Shown here piece after piece: positions 25,626 to 39,798 of a stretch of 64,000 nucleotides of DNA (positions are counted from its first letter, which is position 1; each line of letters begins with the position of its first letter). The position numbers were made by a program, and so were the translations under genes. The stretch is from Octopus sinensis (taxonomy: Eukaryota), in assembly GCF_006345805.1 (NCBI RefSeq), contig NC_043000.1, positions 18,166,001 through 18,230,000 of the forward strand, written 5' to 3'. A model generated the notes under the pieces. It did not search any database and had not been told where the DNA came from. It saw nothing but the letters and a program-made list of their open reading frames with translations.

Positions 25626-26659
25626 AATCATAAAATATAAATGTTTTTATGCACATATTCATAGGTGTATTTGTATGAATGTGTATATTACAGATGTATA
25701 TGAGGATATACAAGTAATTATACTATAGACTATGTAAAGTGGTGAACTTCAGTATACACACATTTTTGGGTGCTACTTTAGCAGGTAGTCTACTGCAGTC
25801 TCTAGTCTATGTCATGAAATGACCTTATCTGGGTTAAGGTTTAGGGTTAGAGTTAGTGCTTAGATTAGAGTTAGGGTTTGACCACGTGCTAAAGTATAAA
25901 TGACTAGGTGGACTGCATGCTAAAATGCCCCCTCCCCTGTTTTGTTTCACTGTCTATAACTCTATGTGTATGTGGTACATAACTAATAGACATAAATCTT
26001 TACACATATTCAGGGATGTAATTAACTGTATGTGTGTATGTATATATATATATATATATATAATGGAGGAAGAAAGAGAGAGAGAGAGAGAGATGCTGCA
26101 ATAAGCAACTGGGATGTTTAGCTGCAAGCAAAACTGCACGAGCTACTTAAAGATGTTGCACACACTTTGTGCTGATGGTAACTACAGCAATTGCATTGAT
26201 AGAGTCTCTTCTGTGTTTTCAGCAGGTATTTCAGGGTCATAAGCATTTCACCACTTGTATGCTTCACTTTGTGGGGTTGGGGCATGCAGAATTACTCTTC
26301 CCCTGTAAAATGGTTCTATGGTCTCTTATCAATTACAACCACTTTGACCTAGCCTCAGCTGTGTGGCTTTCTTCAGTTGTTGGGATTCTAAACTGATTTT
26401 CTGCAAGAAACAGCATATTCATCTTGCAGGGAAGTTGTGGAAGCTAACTTTAATATATACATATAAGTATGAATATGTATCCACCACAAAATTTGGCCCT
26501 TGTCGCAGTATAGTGGCTTATGTACCCCAATGATTTTGAGAGCTACTATAGCTGAGCACAAGCTCCTGATAGGGCCAATCTGAAGATAGAGACCTGACAA
26601 TACGGACCACCTCTTCTCAGAGGTAAAAATGAGTTTGCATAAGACCAATATCTAAAAAA

Positions 26660-26870
26660 ATTACAGGAGCATCAATGAGAATTCAAAGCAACAAGACTTA
26701 GGAGAAAACTTTCCCTCAGGAAAACATATGACATTGGGTAGCAAAATCTGAAAGGAAGCTGCAAGGAGCAGGGATTCAACTGGAGAAAAGCAGAAAAAGC
26801 AGCAGAGAATAGTAGAGAAAAAGTTGTCGATGCCCCATGCTCCATAGTGAGCAGAGGGCTTAAGAAGTAG
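26660..26870 (+). mobile_element. RTE-like LINE 3' remnant
   Basis: GFNWRKAEKAAENSREKVVDAPCS resembles an RTE C-terminus. Confidence 0.45.
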
Positions 26871-27004
26871 AAAAAATGCATGTATGTGTCTATTCAAGCA
26901 TGACTACATGGTTTCGACGATCACTTCACAACTACATGACTGGTTTTCTGTTTGATGGCAACTGTGCAGTACCTGGGATAAGGGACTTCTACTATGATAT
27001 CAGT

Positions 27005-27403
27005 GGAGGCGCAATGGCCCAGTGGTTAGGGCAGTGGACTCGCGGTCATAGGATCGCGATTTCGATTCCCAGACCAGGCGCTGTGAGTGTTTATTGAGCG
27101 AAAACACCTAAAAGTTCCACGAGGCTCCGGCAGGGGATGGTGGTGATCCCTGCTGTACTCTTTCACCACAACTTTCTCTCACTCTTACTTCCTGTTTCTG
27201 TTGTACCTGTATTTCAAAGGGCCGGCCTTGTCACTCTCTGTGTCATGCTGAATATCCCTGAGAACTACGTTAAGGGTGCATGTGTCTGTGGAGTGCTCAG
27301 CCACTTACACGTTAATTTCATGAGCAGGCTGTTCTGTTGATTCGGATCAACTGGAACCCTCATCGTCGTAACCGACGGAGTGCTTCTAAAAAAAAAAAAA
27401 AAA
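27005..27403 (+). mobile_element. SINE family C with poly(A) tail
   Basis: Full length, A-tail, imperfect TSD actatgata(t/c)ca. Confidence 0.88.
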
Positions 27404-28725
27404 CTATGATACCATGACAATTGCTTGTGTGACAATAGTTCAAACAACAACTGCTCATATCCTTATTGGAAAAAGTAACAAAATTAGTTGGATATTAACA
27501 GAACATTCAACTAATGAGACAAAGCATTTTATCCTTTAAAGCTATTGTTTGTATTTGTTCAACTTGGTAAAAGTAGCTGAATGTACATTCCAGAATAAAA
27601 GAGGAATGAATTGGAATTTCAAAGATAAAGTTTCAGTATGAACTTGGCTTCTTATAAGTTCCGCTTTCCTATTAAAGTCTTGTAACATTAGTGTCATCAA
27701 AATATTTAACCAAATCTTTCATTCTTTCAGGAATGTGTTCAGAAATAATTCATGTATTTTTTTTCTTCTTTTATTCTGCTTACAAGCAGACATGCTTAGA
27801 CCAGTCAACATTCCACAGAAATGTTTTACTGTTTCATTGTACTCATAAAGTTCTGTCTTTGCAGCAGTCAAAACACTTTTTTCTCTTTTTTTGCAAAGCA
27901 GCAGTTATGAAGTGGACACTGACACTACAGGATATGGAAAACCATTTATATGAACAGAAATGTTTCTATAGTTTAATAAAAATAATAATTCTATTAAATT
28001 TTAATTAACAATGTAATTGTAATTTTTAGAAAATTTTTCCCTAGCAGCTTTGAAAAAGATGATAAAAATGTCCTTGTGTAATAACGCATGGCTAAGGGTA
28101 GCGGATATTAGTCGCATGGCATTGAGTTTTAAGTCACTTATTAAAAATTCTGGACTAGGCACACATGAAAGGATATATTTTGCTAAGTAGCACTTGTAAT
28201 ACAAACAGCTACTTAAGTATACTTGATCACAAAGAGAACTTTTTATCCACATGCCCAGTTTCAATACTCTTTTACTCGTTTCAGTCATTTGACTGTGGCC
28301 ATGCTGGAGCACCGCCTTTAGTCGAGTACATTGACCCCAGGACTTATTCTTTGTAAGCCTAGTACTTATTTTATCGGTCTCTTTTGCTGAACTGCTAAGT
28401 TACAGGGATAAACACAGACACAGACACACACACACACACATACGACAAGCTCCTTTCAGTTTCCGTCTACAAATCCACTCACAAGGCTTTGGTTGGCCCG
28501 AGGCTATAGTAGAAGACACTTGCCCAAGATGCCACGCAGTGGGACTGAACCTGGAACTATGTGGTTGGGAAGCAAGCCTCTCACCACACAGCCATGCCTG
28601 TGTCTGTATGTGCACACACACACACACAGACATATCTGTTATCTTTTACTTGTATCAGTCAATTTTGACTGTAATCATGCTGGGTACCCCCTTGAAACTA
28701 CTCTATATGTACATGAAAGCCTTGT

Positions 28726-28761
<36 letters not shown>

Positions 28762-28796
28762 CCTTCGAAACATGCTAGAGTTGAACTAGGGACAGC

Positions 28797-29095
28797 TGAT
28801 GAAGGGGATTTTTTCCTTGTGTAGTTGTCTTGTACTCTGTTTTTTCGTTGTTAAAAAAATGGTCCGTTCCATGCTGTTTTTACTTTTTCGTTTCTCGTTG
28901 AGTTCTACGTTTATTTGTGGTGTTCTGTACACACGTATATATATTTATATATGCATGTATATATACATGTAGATGTAGGTACGTACATATATGTTTGTAT
29001 GTATGCATATATTTTATTTATTACATTATTGTATGACTGAGTGCCCTCGCGTCGATTCGATTTGATTCGTTTGGTTTCGTTTCTTCTTCTTCTCT
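28797..29095. repeat. Dispersed repeat, second copy at ~43635-43840
   Basis: Shared ttccttgtgtag...gagttctacg...catgtagatgtaggtacgtac block. Confidence 0.75.
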
Positions 29096-29100
29096 AAGCT

Positions 29101-29151
<51 letters not shown>

Positions 29152-30370
29152 TTATGTATATATGACAAGGCTTCATTCAGTTCCTGTCTACTAACCCTCA
29201 TCACAAGGCTTTTGTTGATCTTGGGCTAAGGTACCATGCAACGAAATTGAACCCAGAGTCATGAGGGTGGGGAGCAAACGTCTTAACCATACAGCCATGC
29301 CTATACACAAATACAATCAGCTGAACTGCATCAAGTAAAAGAAGGATGTTGTTACAATACAGCCCGATGATTGCCACTCCTTTGGAAATTTTCATTCATA
29401 AAATGACGTCAGTTCTTTTAGAAAAACTTTTATAATATATTCAAGTACTTGCATCAATCCTTCACTTAAAATTTGACTGGTTTTTCTGTGTATTTTTCTC
29501 TGCCTTCCCCTTCTTGCCCTCCCCTATAGCATGGTATCTACTGAAACAAACATTATTTGGCTCTGATGTATGACTACGCTTCCTAAATAAACTAATATTT
29601 TTGTATTTATCATCTGTTGTCAATTTTCCCTTACATTGTTCCTACTCTTCTTTGCTGTATACAATGTTTGCCATTTATGTAGCCAGGCCAGCTATTCTTT
29701 GCACATACATACAGCCATCAAAGCGTAGTTTACCACAGCTTGTTATTACGCATATGGAAATTATTAAAACATCTACATTTTGATAATTTTTGCATGAAGG
29801 ATAACATTTTAAAGGGTCTGGGTGTTAGATGATTTCATAAATTATATACAGTATTTGTGTATATTATACTATGTATATATATATATATAAGGTCGTAAGA
29901 ACACAATGGTCAAATGGTTAAGAAGTTTGCTTTATAACCATGAAGTCCCAGGTTCAATTCCATTGCATGGCATCATGGTTTTTCTGTGTATTTTTAGGTC
30001 TAGGTTTACCTACACCTTAAGCATAAAACTGGGTCTATGGAAACTATAGAAGCTGGCTGAGTTGATTGTACTTCATAGTAAGCATCTGGTCTCAGATCTG
30101 AGAATAACTTTCTCCCTCCTTCAACAGAAGCCCTGATTAGCCTTTTCTCTTTTAACTGTGCATGTGTGTGTGTGAAGTTATCCATGTGTCTAATTCTCAG
30201 GAGACTCAACCCACTGAGGTGTAAAATGGGTGTCAAAATGCTGTAATCAACAGCTCACCAAGTTATTAACAAAGTACTTAATTATCTAGTAGTGTTGTGA
30301 GGTGTGTATTTGTGTATGTTTGTATTATGGGTGTGTGTTAAGGTAAGGTTTTTAAAGACCACTCACTTAA

Positions 30371-30591
30371 CCCTTTCAATACCAACCCAGCTGAATCTAC
30401 CTCTGGCTCTGTAGTACAAATGTCTTGTTTTCAAAAGTTCTAAATTAAAATCTTCCACCTAACCTTAGTCACAATTTATGTTCCTAACACTAGCTGAATG
30501 ATAACTAAGTTATTTTACTAAATTCTTTGTTATATATAAAATTAATAGTAAGAAACACAGAGTATCTCAACAGAATATGGTAACAAAGGGG
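30371..30591. mobile_element. piggyBac-like MITE family 1
   Basis: TTAA TSD at 30367 and 30592. Confidence 0.8.
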
Positions 30592-30599
30592 TTAAAGTG

Positions 30600-32800
30600 A
30601 GCACAGAGTTTCCCCGCAAGTTTAAAGTATAGGGAGTGGAAAGTAAGGAAGTGGTGTAGAGAACCAAATATGTTGGCAAGTGATAGACAGGGTGAATAGA
30701 AAGTGAAAAGGAAAGAAGAGGTGAAGTAGACAACAGCAAGAAAGGTGGAGGATTAAGAATTTTAAAAAAAGTGAAAAGCAAGGTTGAAGGAGAGCAGGAA
30801 TGTGACAAGGAAAGAGCAAGAAAGTAAGGATGTAAAAAGAGTAGAGAAAGAAAATGAAGGAGAGCAAGAAGATAAAAAGTGAGCATATAAATAGTGGAAA
30901 ACAAGACAAGAAGAAGCAAGAATGTGAAAGCTGGAGGACAAAAATGTGAAGCAAAGACAAGATGGCAAGTAAGCATGTAAAAGGAGAGCAAGGAGGTAAG
31001 TTAGAGAGGAAAGATTGGGAGAGCAAAAAGGTAAAGAGTGGAGCAGGGAGGTAAAGAGGGGAAGTAAAAGATGGAGAGCAAGAATGTAAAGAGTAGAGAG
31101 TGGAGAGCATAGAAATAAAGGATGAAAACCAAAGAAGTAAAGGTTGAAGAGCAAAGAGGTAAATGATGGAGAGCAAGGGAGCAAACTGTGGTAAGTAAGG
31201 AGGTAAACTGAGCAAGGTGGTAAAGGATGGAGAGCAGGCAGGTAAAGGGTGAGGAGCAAGCAGGAGAAATATGGAATGCAAGGACATAAAGGGTGAAGAG
31301 CGTGGAGATAAAGGTTGGAGAGTAAGGAGAATGAAAGGTTGAAGTGTAAAGAGGTAAATTAAATGGTGGGGCACCGGGAGGTAAAGATAGAGAAGTGGGA
31401 GGTAAAGGAGAAGAGCAAGTAAATAAAGGGAGAAAGGAGGTAATGGGTAGAGAATGAAAAGGTAAAAGGTGCAAGGTGATAAAGTTTGGGAGAGCAAGGA
31501 AGTAAAGGGAGGCAAATAAAGAAGTAAAAAGAGATCAAGGAGGTAGCAAGTGGAGAGCAAGAACGTGACGGGTGGAGAGCAAGAAAGTAACAAATAGGTG
31601 AAATGTGAAGAACAAAGGTAGAGAGCAAGAAAGTAACAAGGAGATGAAATGTGAAGAACAAAGAGGTAACAGGTAGAGAGCAAGAAGGTAGCGGGTGAAG
31701 AGCAAGGAGATAGCGGGTGGAGAGCAAGGAGGCAGCAGGTGGAGAACACGGAAGCAATTAGTGGAGAATAAGGAGATAGTGGGTGGAGAGCAAGGAAGTA
31801 TAGGTGGAGATCAAGGTGGTAGAGAGTGGAGAGCAAGGAAGTAATGAGTGGAGAATAAGGTAGCGGGTGAAGAGCAAGGAGGTAGTGGCTCGAGAGCAAG
31901 GACATAATGGGTGGAGAGTAAGAAGGTGAATGTGGAGAGCAAGAAGATGAAGGGTGAAGAGCAAGAAATTGAAAGAAGACAAAGAGAAAGAATGTAGTTA
32001 GAAAAAGCAAGAATATTAGGAGATTAAAAAAAGGCTATGGGTGGGTAAGCAAGTATGAAAGGAAAATAAGAATGTAAGGAGAGTGGAATGACTTAGAAAA
32101 GAATGAAGAGATGAAAGTAGATAGATGTTGGAGAAAGAGAGAGAGAGCATATGAGTGAGGAAGTATGTGTGAGAGTAGGAAGGTATAAGGAGAGTCAAGC
32201 TAGAGAGAGGAGTAAGAAGTATAAGGAGTTATAATAAATGCTCTAAGAGGAGAGTAATGAGATTTTGAGAAAGAGAGAGAGAATATAACAAGAATTTAAA
32301 AATGATAGCAGGAAGCTATTAGAAGAAACTATAAAGGAGAATCAGGAGATGTGTGGGGAAAAAGTAAGGAGCTATAAGGGAAGCAATCAAGAGCTATAAG
32401 GAGGAGAGTAAGAAAAAAGGTGGAGAGTTGAAAGTACAAAGTGGAGAGTAAGGAGCTATTGAAAAGAGGGGAGAGTCAGGAGCTATTAGAGAGAGAGAGA
32501 TAGGAGTTGTTAGATAACATAAAGTAAGGTACTGTAAAAGTTACAAAGGAAAGAGTAAGGAGCTATAAGGGAGAAAGTCCAGTATAAGAAACATATTAAG
32601 GGAGTATAAAAGTGAGAGTAAGGAGCTATAAAGAAGAGCTGGGGGCAGTGGGGAAGTGTAGTGAGAGAGAGGGGGAGAAAGAAAGAAGGGGCCTGAAGAA
32701 TGAGGAGAAGAGGAACAGAGCGTAAACAAAGGTAGGGAGAGATAGAGAGAGAAAGAGTGGAGAGAAACAGGAAATGAGAGGGACAAATAGAGAGAGACAT
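30600..32800. repeat. Degenerate purine-rich satellite
   Basis: Recurrent ggagagcaag(g/a)a, later agtaaggagctata. The + strand is overwhelmingly A/G. Confidence 0.85.
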
Positions 32801-35800
32801 ACACATAGACACATATCCATAAGTACATACACACACATACACACTCACACCATGAAACCAAACAGATAAATACATACATACATACATACATACATACATA
32901 CAGAAGGCGGTGAGCTGGCAGAAACGTTAGCACGCCGGGCGAAATGCTTAGCGGTATTTCGTCTGCCGTTACATTCTGAGTTCAAATTCTGCCGAGGTCG
33001 ACTTTGCCTTTCATCCTTTTGGGGTCGATAAATTAAGTACCAGCTATGCACTGGGGTCGATGTAATCGACTTAATCCCTTTGTCTGTCCTTGTTTGTCCC
33101 CTCTATGTTTAACCCCTTGTGGGCAATAAAGAAATAAGAATCGTTAGCAGGCCGTTCAAAATGCTTTATGATATTTCGTCCGTCAATACGTTCTGAGTTC
33201 AAATTCCGCTGAGGTCGACTTTGCTTTTCATCTTTTCAGGGTCGGTAAATTAAGTACCAATATGCACTGGGGTCGATGTAATCGACTTAATCCGTTTGTC
33301 TGTCCTTGTTTGTCCCCTCTATGTTTAGCCCCTTGTGGGCAATAAAGAAATAACATACATACATACATCATACATACAACTAAGCTGACAACCAAGACAT
33401 GCACATAGACATATATACTATCCAGACATGTACGCGTAATTAAACACCTACATATTGAATCCAATAATAGCACACATGCACACACACACACACACACACA
33501 CATATGCACACACTTGAATATCTTGGTGGATACGACCGAAACACAAACAAACCAGCGAGGAAGTTGTTACATTGTCGTTCAACTGACAACCAATAGTAAC
33601 CAAATTTTCAAGCCACACCCTACTGTCTTACAAATGAAAGAACATAGTCCAAGTTGCTCCTTATACTGAAGTCAAAATAAAAAAAATAAATAAATAAAAA
33701 GATCAAATGGTCATGGCTGGTGCACCTTTGGTCAGAGGTCAGTTCAATCAGAGGTCATTTAATGCTAAAATACCACAACACACACAGAAACTGGAATATG
33801 CACTCAGCTACACACAAAGTTGCACTTGCTACACTTTACAGGGAAGTATGACACAGTTATATAACATAAATATACCAAGTGTTCAAATCCCTACTTTAAG
33901 GTCAAGAGACAGTGTTGTGGTATTATAGTAGGTATTAGGGTTGAGCCGTTGTTACAGTTTAGCGGTGGGAATGAAATAGGTCTAGGTTATGGTTGTAATA
34001 ACGGGAGGCAGTTTTTATAGTTTCTCTCTCTCATCCATATGCAGAGGCAATTTATCACCAACAGCACCTGCTTTCATCTGAGCTGTTTCCAGCCACTTCC
34101 ATAAATTGACCAGACTTTCAGTTATCATTATTATTAAACATAAAGTAAGTGAACCATCCGATCGTGGCCGTTGCCAGCACCGCCCCGACTGGCCTCCGTG
34201 CTGGTGGCACGTAAAAGCACCATCCATTTGTGTCCGTTACCAGCCTCGCCTGGCCATGTAAAAAGCACCATCCGTCCATGGCCATTTGCCAGCTCCGTCT
34301 GGCACCTGTGCGGGTGGCACGTAAAAAGCACCTACTACACTCATGGAGTGGTTGGCGTTAGGAAGGGCATCCAGCCATAGAAACACTGCCAGATCAGACT
34401 GGGCCTGGTGCAGCCTTCTGGCTTCACAGACCCCAGTTGAACCGTCCAACCCATGCTAGCATGGAAAGCGGACGCTAAATGATGACGATGATGATGATGA
34501 TGATGATAAAGGCAGTGAGCTGGCAGAATCATTAGCACGCCAGATGAAATACTTAGCAGCATTTCTTCTGGTTTTCTGTTCCGAGTTCAAATTCTGCTGA
34601 AGTCAACTTCTGTCCTTTCTGGGTTGATAAAATAACCAGTTGAACACTGGGAATGATATAATCAATTAGCCCTTTCCCCAAATTTTAAACCTTGTGTCTA
34701 TAGTAGAAGGGATTATTATTATCATTAATGTTACCAAAGGTGGTGACCTGGTAGAATTGTTTGGATGCCAGGCAAAATGCTTAGTGGCATTTCATCTGTC
34801 TTTACATTCTGAGTTCAAATTCCACCAAGGTTTACTTTGCCTATTATCCTTTTGGGGCTGATAAAATAAATACCAGTTGAACACAGGGGTTGATGTAATT
34901 GACGTCTCTCCCAAACCTGTTGGCCTGGTGCCAAAATTTGAAACCATTATCATTAATGTTGTAGTTCTTTAGCATCTGCGGAAATTCTAGTTATTTTAAA
35001 ATTGCAAAATTGTAGGAAGCTTATATAACTAAAACTACAGGGTGGTCACTATAAAAGCAAAAACTTATATATTTATAATTTTCTCCTAGAAAATTGTGTG
35101 TGTGTGTGTGTGTTTATGTATGAGTTCAAATTCTGCCAAGATCAACTTTGTCTTTCGTCTTTTCAGGGTCAATAAATTAAGTATCAGTTGTGTACTGGGG
35201 TCGAACTAATCAACTGCCCCCATCCCAAAAAATCCAATCCTAGAAAAGTATATTGCGACAGTTATAGAATATAGAAAGTAATGTAACACCAATGACAATA
35301 TAATCCAACCAAAATATCTGTTACAAAACGTAAATGGAATTATCATTTAGCCTTAAAATACATCTTACATATTCACATGTCATCTTTCTCTCTTGCTCTC
35401 CCACTCTCAACTCATTTGATAGTTAAGGTTGTTTGAAGCATAACACTCATATATATATTGTGACAAGTAGGATAATATTATAGATTAGCATTAGCACATT
35501 GATATCACTGAAGACTGGCACTTCGGATTCAACTTTACTTTTTGACTGTTTCAGGCCCATGAAATAAATAAAAGCCAATCAAGTCCTCAGGCCATTTAAA
35601 TTGACTATATACTTCTCCAGAGTCTGAAGAACTGTACCAATTTAAACATTACAATACCTCATGTAAACACAACTAAGTTAGTAATATTATGACGACTAGC
35701 TCTACTCCTGTCACTGAGATCTATACTACAACTAAGACAGTGTCAGCCACCACCATCACTGTCATTCTTCTTTCTTTCTTTTGTTCCTTCTCGAGCCATG

Positions 35801-36255
35801 CCTGGCTCATAAGGGTTGGTTTCCTCGTTTCCTTGGCGTATAGGTTCTCCACCTAGATGGGACGCCGGTCCGTCGCAGGTGACCTGCAAGATGCAGGAGG
35901 AAAGAGTGAGAGAAAGTTGTGGTGAAAGAGTCAGCAGAAGTTTGCCATTACCTTCTGCTGGAGCCGTGTGGAGCTGAGGTGTTTCACTCATAAACATACA
36001 CATCGCCCGGTCTGAGATTCGAACCCGCGATCCCTCGACTGTGGGTCCGCTGCTCTAACCACTAGGCCATGTACCTCCACTGTCACCACCATTACCACCA
36101 ATCCATCTGGCAACAAAATATTACTGTCTTAACTACCACACAATTGACAATACCGTTATAGTTGCAGCTACTTCATTACTACATCCCACAGAGAGGCACT
36201 TACTACAGCCAGATGTTACTACACTGCACAGGTCAAACACACACACGTGCACATA

Positions 36256-36464
36256 TGAGAAGGGACTGAAAAGTTCCTGGCTTTAAGGGTATCATGAAAG
36301 GCCTGGTTGGAGGCCCAACCTAATGAGTTCTTTTACAGGGCTTAGAAAAACTGAAGGGACCACTGCAATAAGTGTGTGAATCTAAGAGGAGAATATGTTG
36401 AATAAAATCATAATTAACTGATTCTTCTTTTACCCAGAACCAGGAACATTTCAGCATCCTATCA
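36256..36464 (+). mobile_element. Non-autonomous mariner deletion derivative
   Basis: TIR-like ctgaaaagttcctgg / ccaggaacatttcag, TA flanks, residual C-terminus HCNKCVNLRGEYVE*. Confidence 0.7.
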
Positions 36465-36480
36465 TATGTGTGTGTGTGTG

Positions 36481-36528
<48 letters not shown>

Positions 36529-36530
36529 TA

Positions 36531-37855
36531 CAGGGGTTGGACAAAATAATGGAAACATCTGGCATCATAACATCACAATTTTGAAATATCTATAAAACCA
36601 TCAAAACCTTGTTTATTGTTTTTTGATTTATTATTAGTGTTGCTTAATATGTTTTGCTAAAATTGCTGTTTCTTTTCAGATGTCATCAGAAAAAGGTAAT
36701 TAAAATTCATTCAAATGACAGATCTATCGGACTTTCAAATAGGTCTAATAGTTGGTGCTCGTATGGTAAGCGCTAGCATAATGAAATCAGCTGAAATGTT
36801 TGGTGTATCAAGAAGTACTGTCTCGAAGGTAATGACAGCCTTTGAGAAAGAGGGAAAACCTCCTCGTCAAAACAAAACTCTGGAAGAAAGCCAAAACTTT
36901 CAGATAGGGACCATCGGACTCTTACGTAAATTGTTAAAAGATATCACAAAAGTACAGCTCCCAAAATTACTGAAGAACTTAATGACCACTTCAAGAACCC
37001 AGTTTCCACAAAAACTGTCCGCTGGATTTCACAGGAGGGCTGCAATCAGAAAACCTCTACTTTCAAAAATAAATGTTGCAAAGCATTTAGAGTGGAGTAA
37101 AAACTTACAGGGTCCCTAGAGCAGTGGAAGAATGCATTCATTTTGTGCTTTTCTTGGACAAGTCTTCCTTTACCTTATTTCCGACCACCGGCTGAATATG
37201 CATGTGGAGATAGCCAAAAGAAGCATTTGACCCAGACTGCCTTCTTCCAACTGTTAAACATGGAGGAGGATCTGTGATGATCGGTGGGGGGAGGGGGCTA
37301 TATCTTGGAAATCCGCCAGCCCAATGGTTTCCCTTCATAGCAGAATTAATGGTCAAGACTATTTTAGTCCAACCCATGCTAGCATGGAAAACGGACGTTA
37401 AACGATGATGATGATGATGATTTAAGCATTTTATTTGATGAAATTCATCCTATGGTTGCGGAACTGTTTCTGAAAGGAAAAGCAATCTTTCAGGATGATA
37501 ATGCACCAATTCACACAGCTGAAGTTGTTACTGAATGGCATGAGGAACGTTCTAGTGAAGTTGAACATCTTATCTGGCTACCACAGTCTCCAGATTTCAA
37601 TATAATTAAACATTTATGGTGCATTTTAGAAAAACAAGTAAGGAGTCAATATCCTCCACCTTCATCACTACAAGAAATGGAGACTGTTTTAGCTGAAGAA
37701 TTGACAAAAATTCCTTTGGAAACAATTGAAACTTCATACGAGTCCATACCTCGTAGAAATAAAAGCTGCAGTTACTACCAAAGGCGGTCCTACCCCATAT
37801 AAAAATAAATTTGTTTGAAATTTTATGGTGTTTCCATTATTTTGTCCAACCCCTG
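36531..37855 (+). mobile_element. Tc1/mariner DNA transposon, full length, decayed transposase
   Basis: TIR caggggttggacaaaataatggaaaca at both ends, TA on the left. HTH fragment (LSDFQIGLIVGAR...GVSRSTVSKV) and DDE fragment (FQDDNAPIH...SPDFNIIKHLW; catalytic E appears as K). Frameshifted, with a SINE-tail insert at ~37370-37420. Confidence 0.92.
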
Positions 37856-38449
37856 CATATAGGATGCACTAAACAACCAAGAACAACACAAAGCACAAAG
37901 GAAAACAAAAATTCCAAACAGGAAAAGAAAACATTTGGATCCAGAATAACAATGCACAGGCATAGGAGTCGCTGTGTGATAAGTAGCATGTTTATCAAAC
38001 ACATGGTTCCGGGTTCAGTTCCACTGCATGGCACTTAAGGTAAGTGTCTTCTACTATAGCCTTGGGTCGAGCAAAGCCTTGTGAGTGGATTTGGTAGACA
38101 GAAACTGAAAGCCCATCGTATATGTGTGTGTATATATATGTGTGTGTGTGTGTGTATGTATGTGTGTGTATATGTTTGTGTGTCTGTGTTTGTCCCCCCC
38201 AATATTGCTTGACAACCGATGCTGGTGTGTTTACGTCCCTGTAACTTAGCGGCTTGGCAAAAGTGACCGATAGAATAAGTACTAAGCTTACAAAGAATAA
38301 GTCCTGGGGCCAATTTGCTTAACTAAAGGCAGTGCTCCAGCATGGCTACAGTCAAATGACTGAAACAAGTAAAAGAGTAAAGAGTATTTGTACCCAGAAT
38401 AACAATGCACACATCAGAAGAACTAGTAATTGAACAAAACTTCCCTCAG

Positions 38450-38900
38450 CCTAATTAATGACAGCTCTTATGACAATGGAAGCAATAGCATGCTATGATC
38501 ATATAACTCCTACTCGTACATACCAGCAGACCCACAATGGCAACTCCTAACAAGTTTTTAGAATCATAGGGAGTCACATTCCTTCCTCTGGTGACTCTAC
38601 ATGTCGTAGCAATTCAGAGGCTTCATATCAGGAGAGTCAGGTGGCCACATGTTAGGGGGCACATGTCACATGATTGCAAAAGTTCTCAACCAGTTAAATA
38701 GCGCAGGCTATGTGGAACGGAGCAGAGTCCTGTAGAAACAAGTAAACCCTCCCTGGGACGTCCCCTTGGTCCAGATGGTGGCATTAACCCTAAAGTCTGC
38801 AGGAAGAAGTGAGACATGAGATGACCCTTGTTGTACCAGGAACATCAGAGGAGACAGCAGCAATTTAGTATACAATGTTGTGAGCATCTTTGCAGGATTT
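38450..38900 (-). mobile_element. Decayed mariner/Tc1-superfamily transposase remnant
   Basis: Fragments DFRVNA, LFLQDSAPFH and NMWPPDSPDMKPLNCY match the FQQD.AP.H and WPP.SPDLNP motifs. Confidence 0.7.
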
Positions 38901-39109
38901 GTGCAGGGGCCTCTGTCACTCCTTCTGATCACCTTCGGTTTTGGTCAAGTTCTTTCTGTTAAAGAAAAACTACAAGACAATGTTTCTCAAGGTGCTTGAG
39001 CTTCTTCATTCAGTGCTTGAACCATATAACATGGTACTCCTACATCTGCTTAGACATAAACTGCTCTCTCATCAAACAGGACTTATATCTATTCCACTTA
39101 CTTCTAAAG

Positions 39110-39423
39110 ACTCCGCCGGTTACAACGACGAGGGTCCTAGCTGATACGATCAACGGAACAGCTTGCTCGTGAAATTAACGTGCAAATGGCTGAGCATTCC
39201 ACAGACACGTGTACCCTTAACGTAGTTCTCGGGGATAATCAGCGTGACACAGAGAGTGACAAGGCTGACCCTTTGAAATACAAGTACAACTCATTTTTGC
39301 CAGCTGAGTGGACTGGAGCAACGTGAAATAAAGTCTTGCTCAAGGACACAACGCGTCGCCGGGAATCGAACTCACAACCTTACGATCATGAGCCGAATGC
39401 CCTAACCACTAAGCCACGCGCCC
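39110..39423 (-). mobile_element. Chimeric SINE (family D-like head, family C-like 3' body)
   Basis: A second copy lies at ~41148-41468(-). Confidence 0.8.
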
Positions 39424-39798
39424 TCACTCCTCTTACTTACCATCCATCTGAAAGCAGACTTTCCAATGTTCAAGAAACTGGTGATGTCTGAGTCAGTGTA
39501 TAAAATATGTGCCTGACTTTAGATATTAAATCTTTACAACAGATTGCAATAAAATGTTACTCTGATGACCCATTGTAGTTGGGCATCCAGATGCACTTGG
39601 AACTGAAATGGTGTAATGCACACAGGGACTAAATATTCGAACTGTTTACCTTGATTTTCCACTATATATATAGAACACACAAGTGCAAACAAGGGAGTCA
39701 GAGAAAGGCAGAATGCCACTTATATCTGAACACTACTATAGAAATATTCCTTTAAAAAAACTTTTCTCTAATTTTTCTAAATTTAATTATTTAATCGT

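Noticed and set aside
28795-28825. CTGATGA followed by a stem
   Set aside because: No GAAA after the stem, so it is not a complete hammerhead.
30622-32010. 462-aa minus-strand ORF (longest in the track)
   Set aside because: Leu/Ser/Pro/Phe-rich product of a pyrimidine-rich satellite strand that cannot easily form stop codons. No domain and no splice context.
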